Below the pieces are notes generated by a model. It saw nothing but the letters and a program-made list of their open reading frames with translations, searched no databases and had not been told where the DNA came from. Both the position numbers and the translations under genes were made by a program. A stretch of DNA of 33,822 nucleotides, taken from the IMG/VR virus record IMGVR_UViG_3300003320_000969, positions 1 through 33,822 of that record; one strand, given 5' to 3'. Numbering within the stretch: position 1 is the first letter of the stretch; the number at the start of each line of letters is the position of its first letter. The stretch is from a virus. Of this stretch, positions 8,524 through 15,572 are shown piece by piece.

Positions 8524-8623
8524 AATTTACCTCATACATTTACTACGTTTACAATAATGCTCATTTAAGAGCTTCCTAACAAATCCCTATTAGGCACTCT
8601 TTCGAATGCCCAGTAGGCATGTG

Positions 8624-8812
8624 TTAATTGATGCTAGATATAACGTTAAATAAAGTAATGAAAAGCAATACCAACGTAATAGAACCTAAAATATTTTCAA
8701 TTAGGTTGGCGATTTTATTTTTATTCTTTATTCTTTCGTTTTTTTCAACATAGTCTCTTAGAATCGTGGGTTCGATACTATAAAGTACTTCTTTATTGAT
8801 TAACGTATCCAT
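8624..8812 (-). CDS. Small protein, 62 aa, with a C-terminal transmembrane segment
   Basis: The ORF overlaps the upstream gene stop by 13 nt. The hydrophobic tail is ILGSITLVLLFITLFNVISS. Confidence 0.5.
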   Translation of the reverse strand: MDTLINKEVLYSIEPTILRDYVEKNERIKNKNKIANLIENILGSITLVLLFITLFNVISSIN

Positions 8813-9201
8813 TCTAATATTTCTCCTGTTTCTTGATTAAAAAATGGGCTAAATCCTTCGTCGTACATAGATTCATTAAAACGATGGGTATAATTTTCTT
8901 CTAGTAACAAATCAAAATATTCCTCAAAACGCTCGTAAAGGCATTCTCTGAGTTGTTTTTGTAAGTTAATTTCAGAAGATTTATCTTGAGAAAGAAGATA
9001 TTTGATTACAGACTGATTGGCCTCAGTGGATAAAATGACTTCGGTATCATAATCAAAAGCTTCTAAACATAGATTTGAAAACCAGTCTTTTTGATGGGTA
9101 TTTAGAGAGTTGAATTCTTTAGGCCGATATAAAGATATGATATCGTCTACATAGTTTCTGATCTTACTAGAAGAAGAAATCGCATAGGGCAACATATTCA
9201 T
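8800..9201 (-). CDS. Acidic hypothetical early protein, 133 aa
   Basis: The ORF is translationally coupled to the upstream gene (TAATG overlap at 9201). It is Glu/Asp-rich, with no motif recognised. Confidence 0.6.
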   Translation of the reverse strand: MNMLPYAISSSSKIRNYVDDIISLYRPKEFNSLNTHQKDWFSNLCLEAFDYDTEVILSTEANQSVIKYLLSQDKSSEINLQKQLRECLYERFEEYFDLLLEENYTHRFNESMYDEGFSPFFNQETGEILEWIR

Positions 9202-9482
9202 TAGTTAACTCCTTTTAACTGATGACGGCTTAAAGTATGTTTTATCTTTGATGGATAAACAAAACCTGAAAATTGAAGTAAATCAATCATTTCAAAGTCA
9301 TTCCTTGACTTTGCTTCTTCAATAATTATATCAACATAAAGATTATAAAGTCTTCTGTTATTTGTGGTTTGTATATTTTTAGAACAATCTGTATACCCAT
9401 ATTTAAATAACCAATCTGCAAGAAAATATTTATTTTCATCGAAATCTTGGTAATCGAGATTTGTTGTGTTGTTAAGTGACAT
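9201..9482 (-). CDS. Hypothetical early protein, 93 aa, first gene of the leftward operon
   Basis: ORF with an AGGAG RBS (aaaacaggagtcattgcATG on the - strand), directly downstream of the predicted leftward promoter. Confidence 0.6.
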   Translation of the reverse strand: MSLNNTTNLDYQDFDENKYFLADWLFKYGYTDCSKNIQTTNNRRLYNLYVDIIIEEAKSRNDFEMIDLLQFSGFVYPSKIKHTLSRHQLKGVN

Positions 9483-9534
9483 GCAATGACTCCTGTTTTA
9501 GTATTAAATAATGTATTTTAAGTTAATTGAAATT

Positions 9535-9563
9535 AATTTACTATATTTTACAAATTACGTCAA
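9535..9563 (-). promoter_or_regulatory. Predicted sigma70-type leftward early promoter
   Basis: On the - strand: TTGACG (+ coordinates 9563-9558), 17-nt spacer, TAAATT (9540-9535). It lies upstream of 9201..9482. Confidence 0.5.
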
Positions 9564-9582
9564 GTTTTTAATTTTAAACTGT

Positions 9583-9610
9583 TTGATCTTTGCTAAAAAA
9601 ATGCGATAAT
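9583..9610 (+). promoter_or_regulatory. Predicted sigma70-type rightward promoter for the XRE regulator and replication genes
   Basis: TTGATC (9583-9588), 16-nt spacer, GATAAT (9605-9610) preceded by TGC, which gives an extended -10-like context. The RBS CAGGAGA lies before the ATG at 9637. Confidence 0.5.
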
Positions 9611-9636
9611 GCTTAAATCTACACAGGAGAGCATAT

Positions 9637-9891
9637 ATGAGAAGATCAAAAAAACCTGTCGCTGTCGATAAAACCCCAGGGTTATTGCTGCGAAACTTAA
9701 GATTTAAAGTCGGCCTAGAACAAAAAGAATTTGCCCGAAAAATCGGGTGTTCTTCAGCATTAGTATCGAAATGGGAAACGCATAATATGAAAATAGCTAA
9801 TCCAATCCATGTAAAAAAAATAATCGATATTTTTAAAAAATATGGAATAGAATTAAAAGTTGAAGATTTAAGGCCAGATTTGACTTTATAA
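9637..9891 (+). CDS. XRE/Cro-type helix-turn-helix transcriptional regulator, 84 aa
   Basis: HTH_3-like segment LRNLRFKVGLEQKEFARKIGCSSALVSKWETHN. The gene is placed at the divergent promoter region. Confidence 0.8.
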   Translation: MRRSKKPVAVDKTPGLLLRNLRFKVGLEQKEFARKIGCSSALVSKWETHNMKIANPIHVKKIIDIFKKYGIELKVEDLRPDLTL

Positions 9892-9951
9892 TTGAAAGTC
9901 AATAAATATTATTATTAAAAATTAATTTTATTATTAAATAATGGATTGAGC

Positions 9952-10485
9952 ATGAATTCCGATGATACTATTCGACTTACGATGACCATAGAAGGTCATT
10001 GCATAAAAAATGATAATAACTTTTCATTTTTAAAACATAAAACATTATCTACCGATATCGATTTTCAATTTAACGAAGATGATTTCCATAATTTTTGTTT
10101 ACAAATGAATGAAGAAATGAATCAATATATTATTAATCTAAAGGAAGATTATTATTTAAAACATAATCATTTACTCAAAGAAAGCCAAACAATAGGGGAT
10201 AAAAATATGCGAGCATTAGCAGCCGGAGAATGGGCAAGATGGAACCAAAATTCTAATGAAAAAAAGGCGGAATGGTTTGATATAAGAGAAGAACAACCGT
10301 TGATAGATCAAAGAGTCCTTATCTGGACAAATAATAGATATTATTTTGGGCATTTAAAATGTTATGACGTTTTGTCCATTGATAATTTTGATTTTGATGG
10401 GGTTTATTTAGGATCTATTTTTTGGATGCCATTGCCGATATTTTGTCCTCCTCCTCTTAAGCCAGAACATGATATAGGTGTTTAG
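9952..10485 (+). CDS. Hypothetical protein with a DUF551-like C-terminal domain
   Basis: C-terminal pattern AEWFDIREEQPLIDQRVLIW ... IFWMPLPIF, compared with the DUF551 signature W.s..d.LP......vlv ... W.PlP. The ATG at 9952 is preferred over the TTG at 9946. Confidence 0.6.
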   Translation: MNSDDTIRLTMTIEGHCIKNDNNFSFLKHKTLSTDIDFQFNEDDFHNFCLQMNEEMNQYIINLKEDYYLKHNHLLKESQTIGDKNMRALAAGEWARWNQNSNEKKAEWFDIREEQPLIDQRVLIWTNNRYYFGHLKCYDVLSIDNFDFDGVYLGSIFWMPLPIFCPPPLKPEHDIGV

Positions 10486-10623
10486 CGTTTGCTCATTATT
10501 TTTATTGCAGATAATATTATGCAACTTTGGAGTTAATATTGGTGAGTTTTTTTGATGCATATTGTGTAATTTTAGTTATTATTATTTTCGGTCATTTTTT
10601 TTAAAATTTTGGTAGGGATTCTT

Positions 10624-11505
10624 ATGAATTTTGAATATGACTTATTATCTTTCATGTATGAAAAAAATGTAAAGATAATCGGTCATATTGACCTATCGGA
10701 TGATAGTTTCCAACGTTTTGCGTTACAAGGCAAAAATCCACATAAAAAAGATGCTTTTGTTTATATCATCGGCCAATGGGACGGCGCTATATTTGGCGAT
10801 TGGTCGCAAGGAACTTGCTATTCGTGGTGGTATAAAAATTCTATTAAAACCCCAATAGAAAGGCGTTTTATTATACAAGAAGCTAAAAAAAAACAAGAAG
10901 AACAACGGGCTATCTATGTGGAAGAAGCTAAAAAAATATATTCAGATAGTTCATTTCATATTGATCATCCTTATGTAAAAAAAAAGAATATTATTCCTTA
11001 TTTAGCTAAACAATTTAAAAATATTTTAGTTATACCTCTTCATGATTGTTTTAATTCTTTACAGTCTTTGCAATTTATTTGCCCTGATGGAACAAAAAGA
11101 TTCAAATCTGGCACTTCCCCAAACGGAAATTATTTATTATTAGGATCTCCTCTTGAAAAAAAGGTTTTTTTATGCGAGGGTTATGCCACAGGATGTAGCT
11201 TACATCAAGCATATGGACTTGCGGTTGTCTGTGCATTTTCCGCACATAATTTAATTAAAGTGGCTGCCATTATAAGGGATTTATATCCTGATTATACATT
11301 AATTATTGCTGCTGATAATGATATTTATGGGAAGGAGAATGTAGGTTTAAAAAGCGCTGAGGAAGCAGCAAAGATTTCAAAATCTCTAATTTTTTATCCG
11401 ATTTTTTCGGAAGAAGATAAAGAGATAATGGATAAACCCAAAGACTGGAATGATTTTCAGATTCTTTATGGCATTGAAGCCATTAGAAAAGAATTCATTC
11501 CCTAA
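10624..11505 (+). CDS. Toprim-domain DNA primase
   Basis: Toprim catalytic motifs are VFLCEGYATGCSLHQA (conserved Glu) and LIIAADNDIYGKENVG (DxD). I chose the ATG at 10624 (GGGA 7 nt upstream) rather than the TTG at 10609. Confidence 0.75.
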   Translation: MNFEYDLLSFMYEKNVKIIGHIDLSDDSFQRFALQGKNPHKKDAFVYIIGQWDGAIFGDWSQGTCYSWWYKNSIKTPIERRFIIQEAKKKQEEQRAIYVEEAKKIYSDSSFHIDHPYVKKKNIIPYLAKQFKNILVIPLHDCFNSLQSLQFICPDGTKRFKSGTSPNGNYLLLGSPLEKKVFLCEGYATGCSLHQAYGLAVVCAFSAHNLIKVAAIIRDLYPDYTLIIAADNDIYGKENVGLKSAEEAAKISKSLIFYPIFSEEDKEIMDKPKDWNDFQILYGIEAIRKEFIP

Positions 11506-11567
11506 GATTGTGGAAACCGCCCAGTTTTACTTTCTTAACTTTGGATTTATCCATATAGGAACACAAG

Positions 11568-13100
11568 ATGAATGATATAACAGATTTAACAAAAAATCAA
11601 AATACTGAATCAAAAAAAATCGAAAATATAGAAAAAGTTGAAATTTTTAAAAAAACCGCCGTCATTACTTCTTTTGCTGAATATAAAGAAAAAAATTCCC
11701 CGATCCCCTTAACAGAAAAAATAGAGAAAGAAAATATTTTCCCGGTGGATGATCTAGGCGATTCGCTAAAAGATTTGGTTTTAGATTTAAACCATGTTTT
11801 ACAAGCCTCTTTACCCATTTGTGCACAAAGTGTACTTTCCTCGTTAGCATTAGTCTTTCAAGCACATGCGAATGTTGCGATTAATGATTTAATTAAATTT
11901 CCGTTGTCCAATTTTTTCATAACAATTGCTGGTTCTGGCGAAAGGAAATCTACGGTGGAAAATGCTGTATTATTTCCAATTCATAAATTTCAATCAGAAG
12001 CTCGAAAACAATATACCCAGGATTTAAAAAAGTACAAGGTTGATTGTTTGGCTTATGGAAGAGATATAAAAAAAGGGCTTATTTTAAACGAACCCGAAAA
12101 ACCTATAAAACCATTGATTATTACCGAAGAACCTACTTATGAAGGATTAGTTAAAAACTTAGAAATAAACCGTGGATGCATGGGTATATTTACCGATGAA
12201 GGCGCTCGTTTTTTGAACAGTTATGCCATGACTAATGAAAACTTGACAAAGACCTTAGCTGGCCTAGCCAATATCTGGGACGGTAAAAGTATTTCACGGT
12301 TTCGAATTTCGGAAGAATCAGAGATTATTTATAATCGGCGTGTTTCCATGCATTTAATGATGCAAAAGAAAATATCAGAAAAGCTTATCTATAATGCCGC
12401 GATTGAAGACCAAGGTTTCCTTGCAAGGTGTCTCATTAGCGCGCCGCCTAAGAAATTTGGGGATTTAAAATTTATTGATAACCAGAATATTAAAAGCAAA
12501 CCATCTTATAATAAATTTGCTGACAAAATATACAGCTACATCAGCAAAGATGTACCGATTGTTTATGGCACTCGTAATGAACCCAATTTAAGGGATATCG
12601 GGCTTAATAGAGAAGCTTTTTATGTCGTTAATGATTATTTCTACAATGACCTCCAGCATCGCGTAAAAGGCGATTATGCGCCTATAGAGAAGCTTATAGC
12701 CAAGGGGATGTCTCATATTTGTCGTTTGGCGGCAATATTAGCCCTCTATGAAGATTTTAATGCACAAACCATAGAAGCTAGGCATGTTATGTCTGGGATA
12801 GGGTTGTTTAATTATTACACTGAAGAGGCGCTAAGGTTATTTTCTTATACTTTAAACAGTATTGATAACACAGATATCCAAGAAAAATTGCAGCTTGCTC
12901 AAGTCTTATCCGATTTTTTAACGGCTTACTCACGTAAAAATAATACCGATGAACTCACTTTTAGAAATATCATTCGATATTGTCCGTATAAAATCAGAAA
13001 CAAAGAGATTTTACTAGAACTATTAGATATTTTGGCAACCCATGACCATATCGAAATGCTTGCGCCAAATAAATACAAAATTAATACCTCCGTTGCTTGA
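11568..13100 (+). CDS. DUF3987-family replicative helicase-like protein, partner of the primase
   Basis: P-loop-like ITIAGSGERKSTVENAV, then IFTDEGARFLNS and NIWDGKSISRFR, which are typical of DUF3987. The gene lies immediately downstream of the Toprim primase and upstream of the iteron array. Confidence 0.7.
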   Translation: MNDITDLTKNQNTESKKIENIEKVEIFKKTAVITSFAEYKEKNSPIPLTEKIEKENIFPVDDLGDSLKDLVLDLNHVLQASLPICAQSVLSSLALVFQAHANVAINDLIKFPLSNFFITIAGSGERKSTVENAVLFPIHKFQSEARKQYTQDLKKYKVDCLAYGRDIKKGLILNEPEKPIKPLIITEEPTYEGLVKNLEINRGCMGIFTDEGARFLNSYAMTNENLTKTLAGLANIWDGKSISRFRISEESEIIYNRRVSMHLMMQKKISEKLIYNAAIEDQGFLARCLISAPPKKFGDLKFIDNQNIKSKPSYNKFADKIYSYISKDVPIVYGTRNEPNLRDIGLNREAFYVVNDYFYNDLQHRVKGDYAPIEKLIAKGMSHICRLAAILALYEDFNAQTIEARHVMSGIGLFNYYTEEALRLFSYTLNSIDNTDIQEKLQLAQVLSDFLTAYSRKNNTDELTFRNIIRYCPYKIRNKEILLELLDILATHDHIEMLAPNKYKINTSVA

Positions 13101-13101
13101 T

Positions 13102-13142
13102 AAAGGGTGGCGCCCAAAATCACATGTTGGGCGCCACCCTTT
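13102..13142. terminator. Strong bidirectional terminator hairpin
   Basis: AAAGGGTGGCGCCCAA (13102-13117) pairs perfectly with TTGGGCGCCACCCTTT (13127-13142) across a 9-nt loop. It lies between converging genes. Confidence 0.8.
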
Positions 13143-13171
13143 GGTTAATTATTTATATATTTCAATAAAAA

Positions 13172-13435
13172 TTATAAATTTTTCAATTTATCTATGATTT
13201 CAAGCAAATTAGATTCAGCAGTAGAATGATGATGCACAAAAAATTTTCTAATCATGTCTAAAACAGAAAATTGCTCTGCTTGACTCCATTTATAAGATTT
13301 TTTAACCATATTTTTAACGCCATCATCAGCTAAATCTTCAAGTGATATAACGCCAAAATTATCCATAATATCGCTAGCAATCCTGTAGGGTGCTCGACAA
13401 TCCACACTTGATCCGTAAACATTTAACAAAATCAT
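13172..13435 (-). CDS. Hypothetical protein, 87 aa, adjacent to the iteron array
   Basis: The ORF starts at the ATG at 13435. The same frame stays open upstream to about 13555, into the first iterons, but I found no ATG/GTG/TTG there. Confidence 0.45.
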   Translation of the reverse strand: MILLNVYGSSVDCRAPYRIASDIMDNFGVISLEDLADDGVKNMVKKSYKWSQAEQFSVLDMIRKFFVHHHSTAESNLLEIIDKLKNL

Positions 13436-13532
13436 CCATTCATTTTCGCTAAGAGTTGGAAGAGAAGATTGGGAAAGCCATTTTAATTTTTCAAATGCGT
13501 TATTTATTTCGTGTATTTTTATTTTAAGAAGA

Positions 13533-13938
13533 GTGTCGCAATAAGTGTCGCAAACCTATTAAAAACATAAGTTATTGATTTTAAAGGTGTCGCAACTCAA
13601 TTTAGGCGATTTTGTCGCAGGATTTTTGTCGCAGGACGTACAGAGTATGTGAAAACGTATATTTTTGGTTTAAATTATAACCATTTAGTATAATTTATAA
13701 ACAAATTGCATAATAAATGTGCGTCGCTAAATTTCAGCGACAACTCTGCGACTTGTTGCGACAATTGCGACGCTTAGTGTAATAATAATATACAAATATA
13801 TATAATAATAGTATATATATTATACATATTGTATATTTATTATACAACTATTATCATATAGAAAGGATAGGGTAGCAATCATTGCGACAAATTTACGTGT
13901 CGCGCAATGTCGCAATAGGTGTCGCACGAAGTGTCGCA
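13533..13938. repeat. Iteron array of about 15 copies of core GTCGCA / TGCGAC, often extended to GTGTCGCA. Putative replication origin or partition/operator array.
   Basis: Forward copies end at 13540, 13552, 13594, 13619, 13633, 13914, 13926 and 13938, with variants at 13722-13727 and 13899-13903. Reverse copies are at 13747-13752, 13757-13763, 13766-13771 and 13883-13889, with a variant at 13737-13741. The spacing is irregular and the region is non-coding. Confidence 0.8.
13781..13860. other. About 80 bp of almost pure A+T between the iteron clusters, a candidate DNA-unwinding element
   Basis: Sequence is aataataatatacaaatatatataataatagtatatatattatacatattgtatatttattatacaactattatcatata, containing repeated ATTATACA and TATATA motifs. 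Confidence 0.55.
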
Positions 13939-14071
13939 ATGCTGTCTATGCGTATTGTTTTTAAAATGTACAATTTATATTTGGTGGGTTATGTATAATT
14001 TTTTTACTTTTGGATTACAATATTGGATTTTGAAATTCGTTACATGGACATGAAATTTACAAGGATTATGT

Positions 14072-14215
14072 ATGGATTTATCGACTTGGGTTTTGGCTAT
14101 CCCATTTTTCCTTTTGATCATTCCTGCTGGAATTATATTGTTTGCGGTTTTCTATCATGGATGGAAACTAATCCGCGCCGTTTATCGAGAGATTATGGCT
14201 GTTATTAGACTTTAG
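14072..14215 (+). CDS. Candidate small membrane protein, 47 aa with a single TM (holin-like candidate). This is an alternative frame to track ORF 14023..14208.
   Basis: Hand translation gives MDLSTWVLAIPFFLLIIPAGIILFAVFYHGWKLIRAVYREIMAVIRL, with TAG at 13 nt past 14202 (14213-14215). This looks far more protein-like than the Cys/Trp/Tyr-rich product of the track frame. No clear RBS. Confidence 0.3.
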   Translation: MDLSTWVLAIPFFLLIIPAGIILFAVFYHGWKLIRAVYREIMAVIRL

Positions 14216-14395
14216 CGACTAATTAATTTAACTGCGCAATTAAAATACAATGTATTAAATGAACACTATTAATAAATTAAATATATTAATAAACTATTTT
14301 TAATAGATATTGTATTTAATCAATAAAATTCCCTAACTTGTTTATCAACCTTTTTATATCTTGTATAATTCGCCTTTTTAGCAAAAGGATTTGCA

Positions 14396-14773
14396 ATGTC
14401 GAACGTTATTATGACCGCGCAAGAATATCTTGCTGGTTTGAAAGAAGATCAAGAGCAAGCAACCTTCGTTCAATTCCTGGAACAAAAGGGGGAGCTATTT
14501 TACCATGTTCCTAATGGTGGATTTAGACATCCTCGTGAAGGCGTTAAACTTAAGAAACAAGGCGTCAAAGCGGGAGTTCCCGATATATGCATATGCGCCA
14601 TGAGAAAAGGCTTTGGTGGCCTTTATATTGAGTTTAAAAGGCGTAAAAAATCCATTGTTTCTGAAAGGCAAAAAGAATGGATTGAAAACTTGCGTCAAGC
14701 AGGTTATAAAGCAGAAATTGCAGCAGGGTATGATGAAGCGGTTAAAATATATACAAGCTATATTCAAGATTAA
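14396..14773 (+). CDS. VRR-NUC domain nuclease
   Basis: Signature HVPNGG ... GVPDICICAMRKGFGGLYIEFKRRKKSIVSERQKEWIENLRQAGYKAEIAAGYDEAVKIY, showing the PD-(D/E)xK-type D...E.K pattern of VRR-NUC. AAAGGA RBS upstream. Confidence 0.8.
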   Translation: MSNVIMTAQEYLAGLKEDQEQATFVQFLEQKGELFYHVPNGGFRHPREGVKLKKQGVKAGVPDICICAMRKGFGGLYIEFKRRKKSIVSERQKEWIENLRQAGYKAEIAAGYDEAVKIYTSYIQD

Positions 14774-14798
14774 TAAGAATAATAAGAAGAGAAGAAAA

Positions 14799-15362
14799 AT
14801 GAGCTATTTTGACGAAGTAATAAAGACTGTTTTAAAGAATGAAGGTGGCTATGTTAATAACCCGGTCGATAGTGGCGGACCCACAAACTATGGCATATGC
14901 TGGAAAACCGTTTGCAGTTTAGATCCGGAAAAATTATCCTTGTATGGATTTAATACACCACTTACTTTTAAAGTTATTGAAAACATGACTGAAACCCAAG
15001 CAAAAGCCTTTTATAAGGGCGAATTTTGGGATAAGGCGCAATTTTCTAATATATTAAATCCATCTATATGTGCGGCCATATTTGATATGTCGGTTAATGC
15101 GGGTATATTAGAAGCGATTAAATGTGTACAAAGGGCATCTAATGCTGTCCATGGAGATTTAATTCTTAAAGAAGATGGGATCTTAGGAGTTAAAACTTTA
15201 GTTGAAATTAATCTCAATGGCCAATCCATGGATAATCATGGTAATGCGCTCTTATCAGCATTTAGATCTGAAAGAGCAGGTTTTTATCGATATTTATGCG
15301 CCAAGCATTCAGCATATAAAATATTCTTAGAAGGTTGGATAAATAGAGCTTATAAAACGTGA
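14799..15362 (+). CDS. Endolysin of the GH108 N-acetylmuramidase type with a C-terminal peptidoglycan-binding region
   Basis: The N-terminal signature LKNEGGYVNNPVDSGGPTNYGI is the GH108 hallmark. I chose the start at ATG 14799 (MSYFDEV...). The 62-aa upstream extension in the track overlaps the VRR-NUC gene. Confidence 0.8.
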   Translation: MSYFDEVIKTVLKNEGGYVNNPVDSGGPTNYGICWKTVCSLDPEKLSLYGFNTPLTFKVIENMTETQAKAFYKGEFWDKAQFSNILNPSICAAIFDMSVNAGILEAIKCVQRASNAVHGDLILKEDGILGVKTLVEINLNGQSMDNHGNALLSAFRSERAGFYRYLCAKHSAYKIFLEGWINRAYKT

Positions 15363-15385
15363 ATATAAAATTATTTTTAAAACTA

Positions 15386-15413
15386 TTGACTTAAGACTTT
15401 AATATTTTACAAT
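15386..15413 (+). promoter_or_regulatory. Near-consensus sigma70-type promoter downstream of the endolysin gene
   Basis: TTGACT (15386-15391), 16-nt spacer, TACAAT (15408-15413). Confidence 0.45.
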
Positions 15414-15415
15414 GA

Positions 15416-15520
15416 ATGCTGGTGTTACCCTTTGCAAGATCCCACTATTTAATGCCAGTACTATTTATTGTGATGATAACTATTGCTGGCATTAAATTAT
15501 TCTTCTTCATTAACGCTTAA
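15416..15520 (+). CDS. Candidate 34-aa hydrophobic peptide, or alternatively a small RNA, lying between the promoter and the terminator
   Basis: Hand translation gives MLVLPFARSHYLMPVLFIVMITIAGIKLFFFINA. No obvious RBS. The same region contains an 11-bp inverted repeat, TTTAATGCCAG (15448-15458) / CTGGCATTAAA (15486-15496). Confidence 0.25.
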   Translation: MLVLPFARSHYLMPVLFIVMITIAGIKLFFFINA

Positions 15521-15533
15521 ATTTATGTCTAGC

Positions 15534-15565
15534 CCCAAATCAATTTTTGATTGGGACGTTTTTTT
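15534..15565 (+). terminator. Rho-independent terminator on the + strand
   Basis: CCCAA(A)TCAA / TTGATTGGG hairpin (15534-15555) with one bulge, followed by ACG and a run of 7 T (15559-15565). Confidence 0.6.
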
Positions 15566-15572
15566 AACTTTT

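Noticed and set aside
8524-8623. Short hairpins (ATGCC-N5-GGCAT and GGCA-N10-TGCC) between the 62-aa gene and the Sak4 gene
   Set aside because: The stems are only 4-5 bp and have no U-run. This is insufficient to call a terminator or an RNA element.
9555-9902. 115-aa - strand ORF overlapping the XRE gene
   Set aside because: It fully overlaps a gene with a clear HTH motif, promoter and RBS on the + strand. Its composition is not protein-like and it runs across the divergent promoter region.
13533-13938. Possible CRISPR array
   Set aside because: The repeats are only 6-8 bp long, occur in both orientations, have irregular spacing of 4-40 bp, and have no cas genes nearby. This is iteron behaviour, not CRISPR.
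14023-14208. 61-aa track ORF (MDFEIRYMDMKFTRIMYGF...)
   Set aside because: Its composition (Cys/Trp/Tyr/Met-rich, ending ...RLSRDYGCY) looks non-biological. The overlapping frame starting at 14072 gives a clean single-TM peptide, though that alternative is itself low-confidence.
14613-14798. 62-aa N-terminal extension of the endolysin ORF in the track
   Set aside because: It overlaps the VRR-NUC gene in another frame and is Lys-rich filler. The GH108 signature begins right after the internal ATG at 14799.
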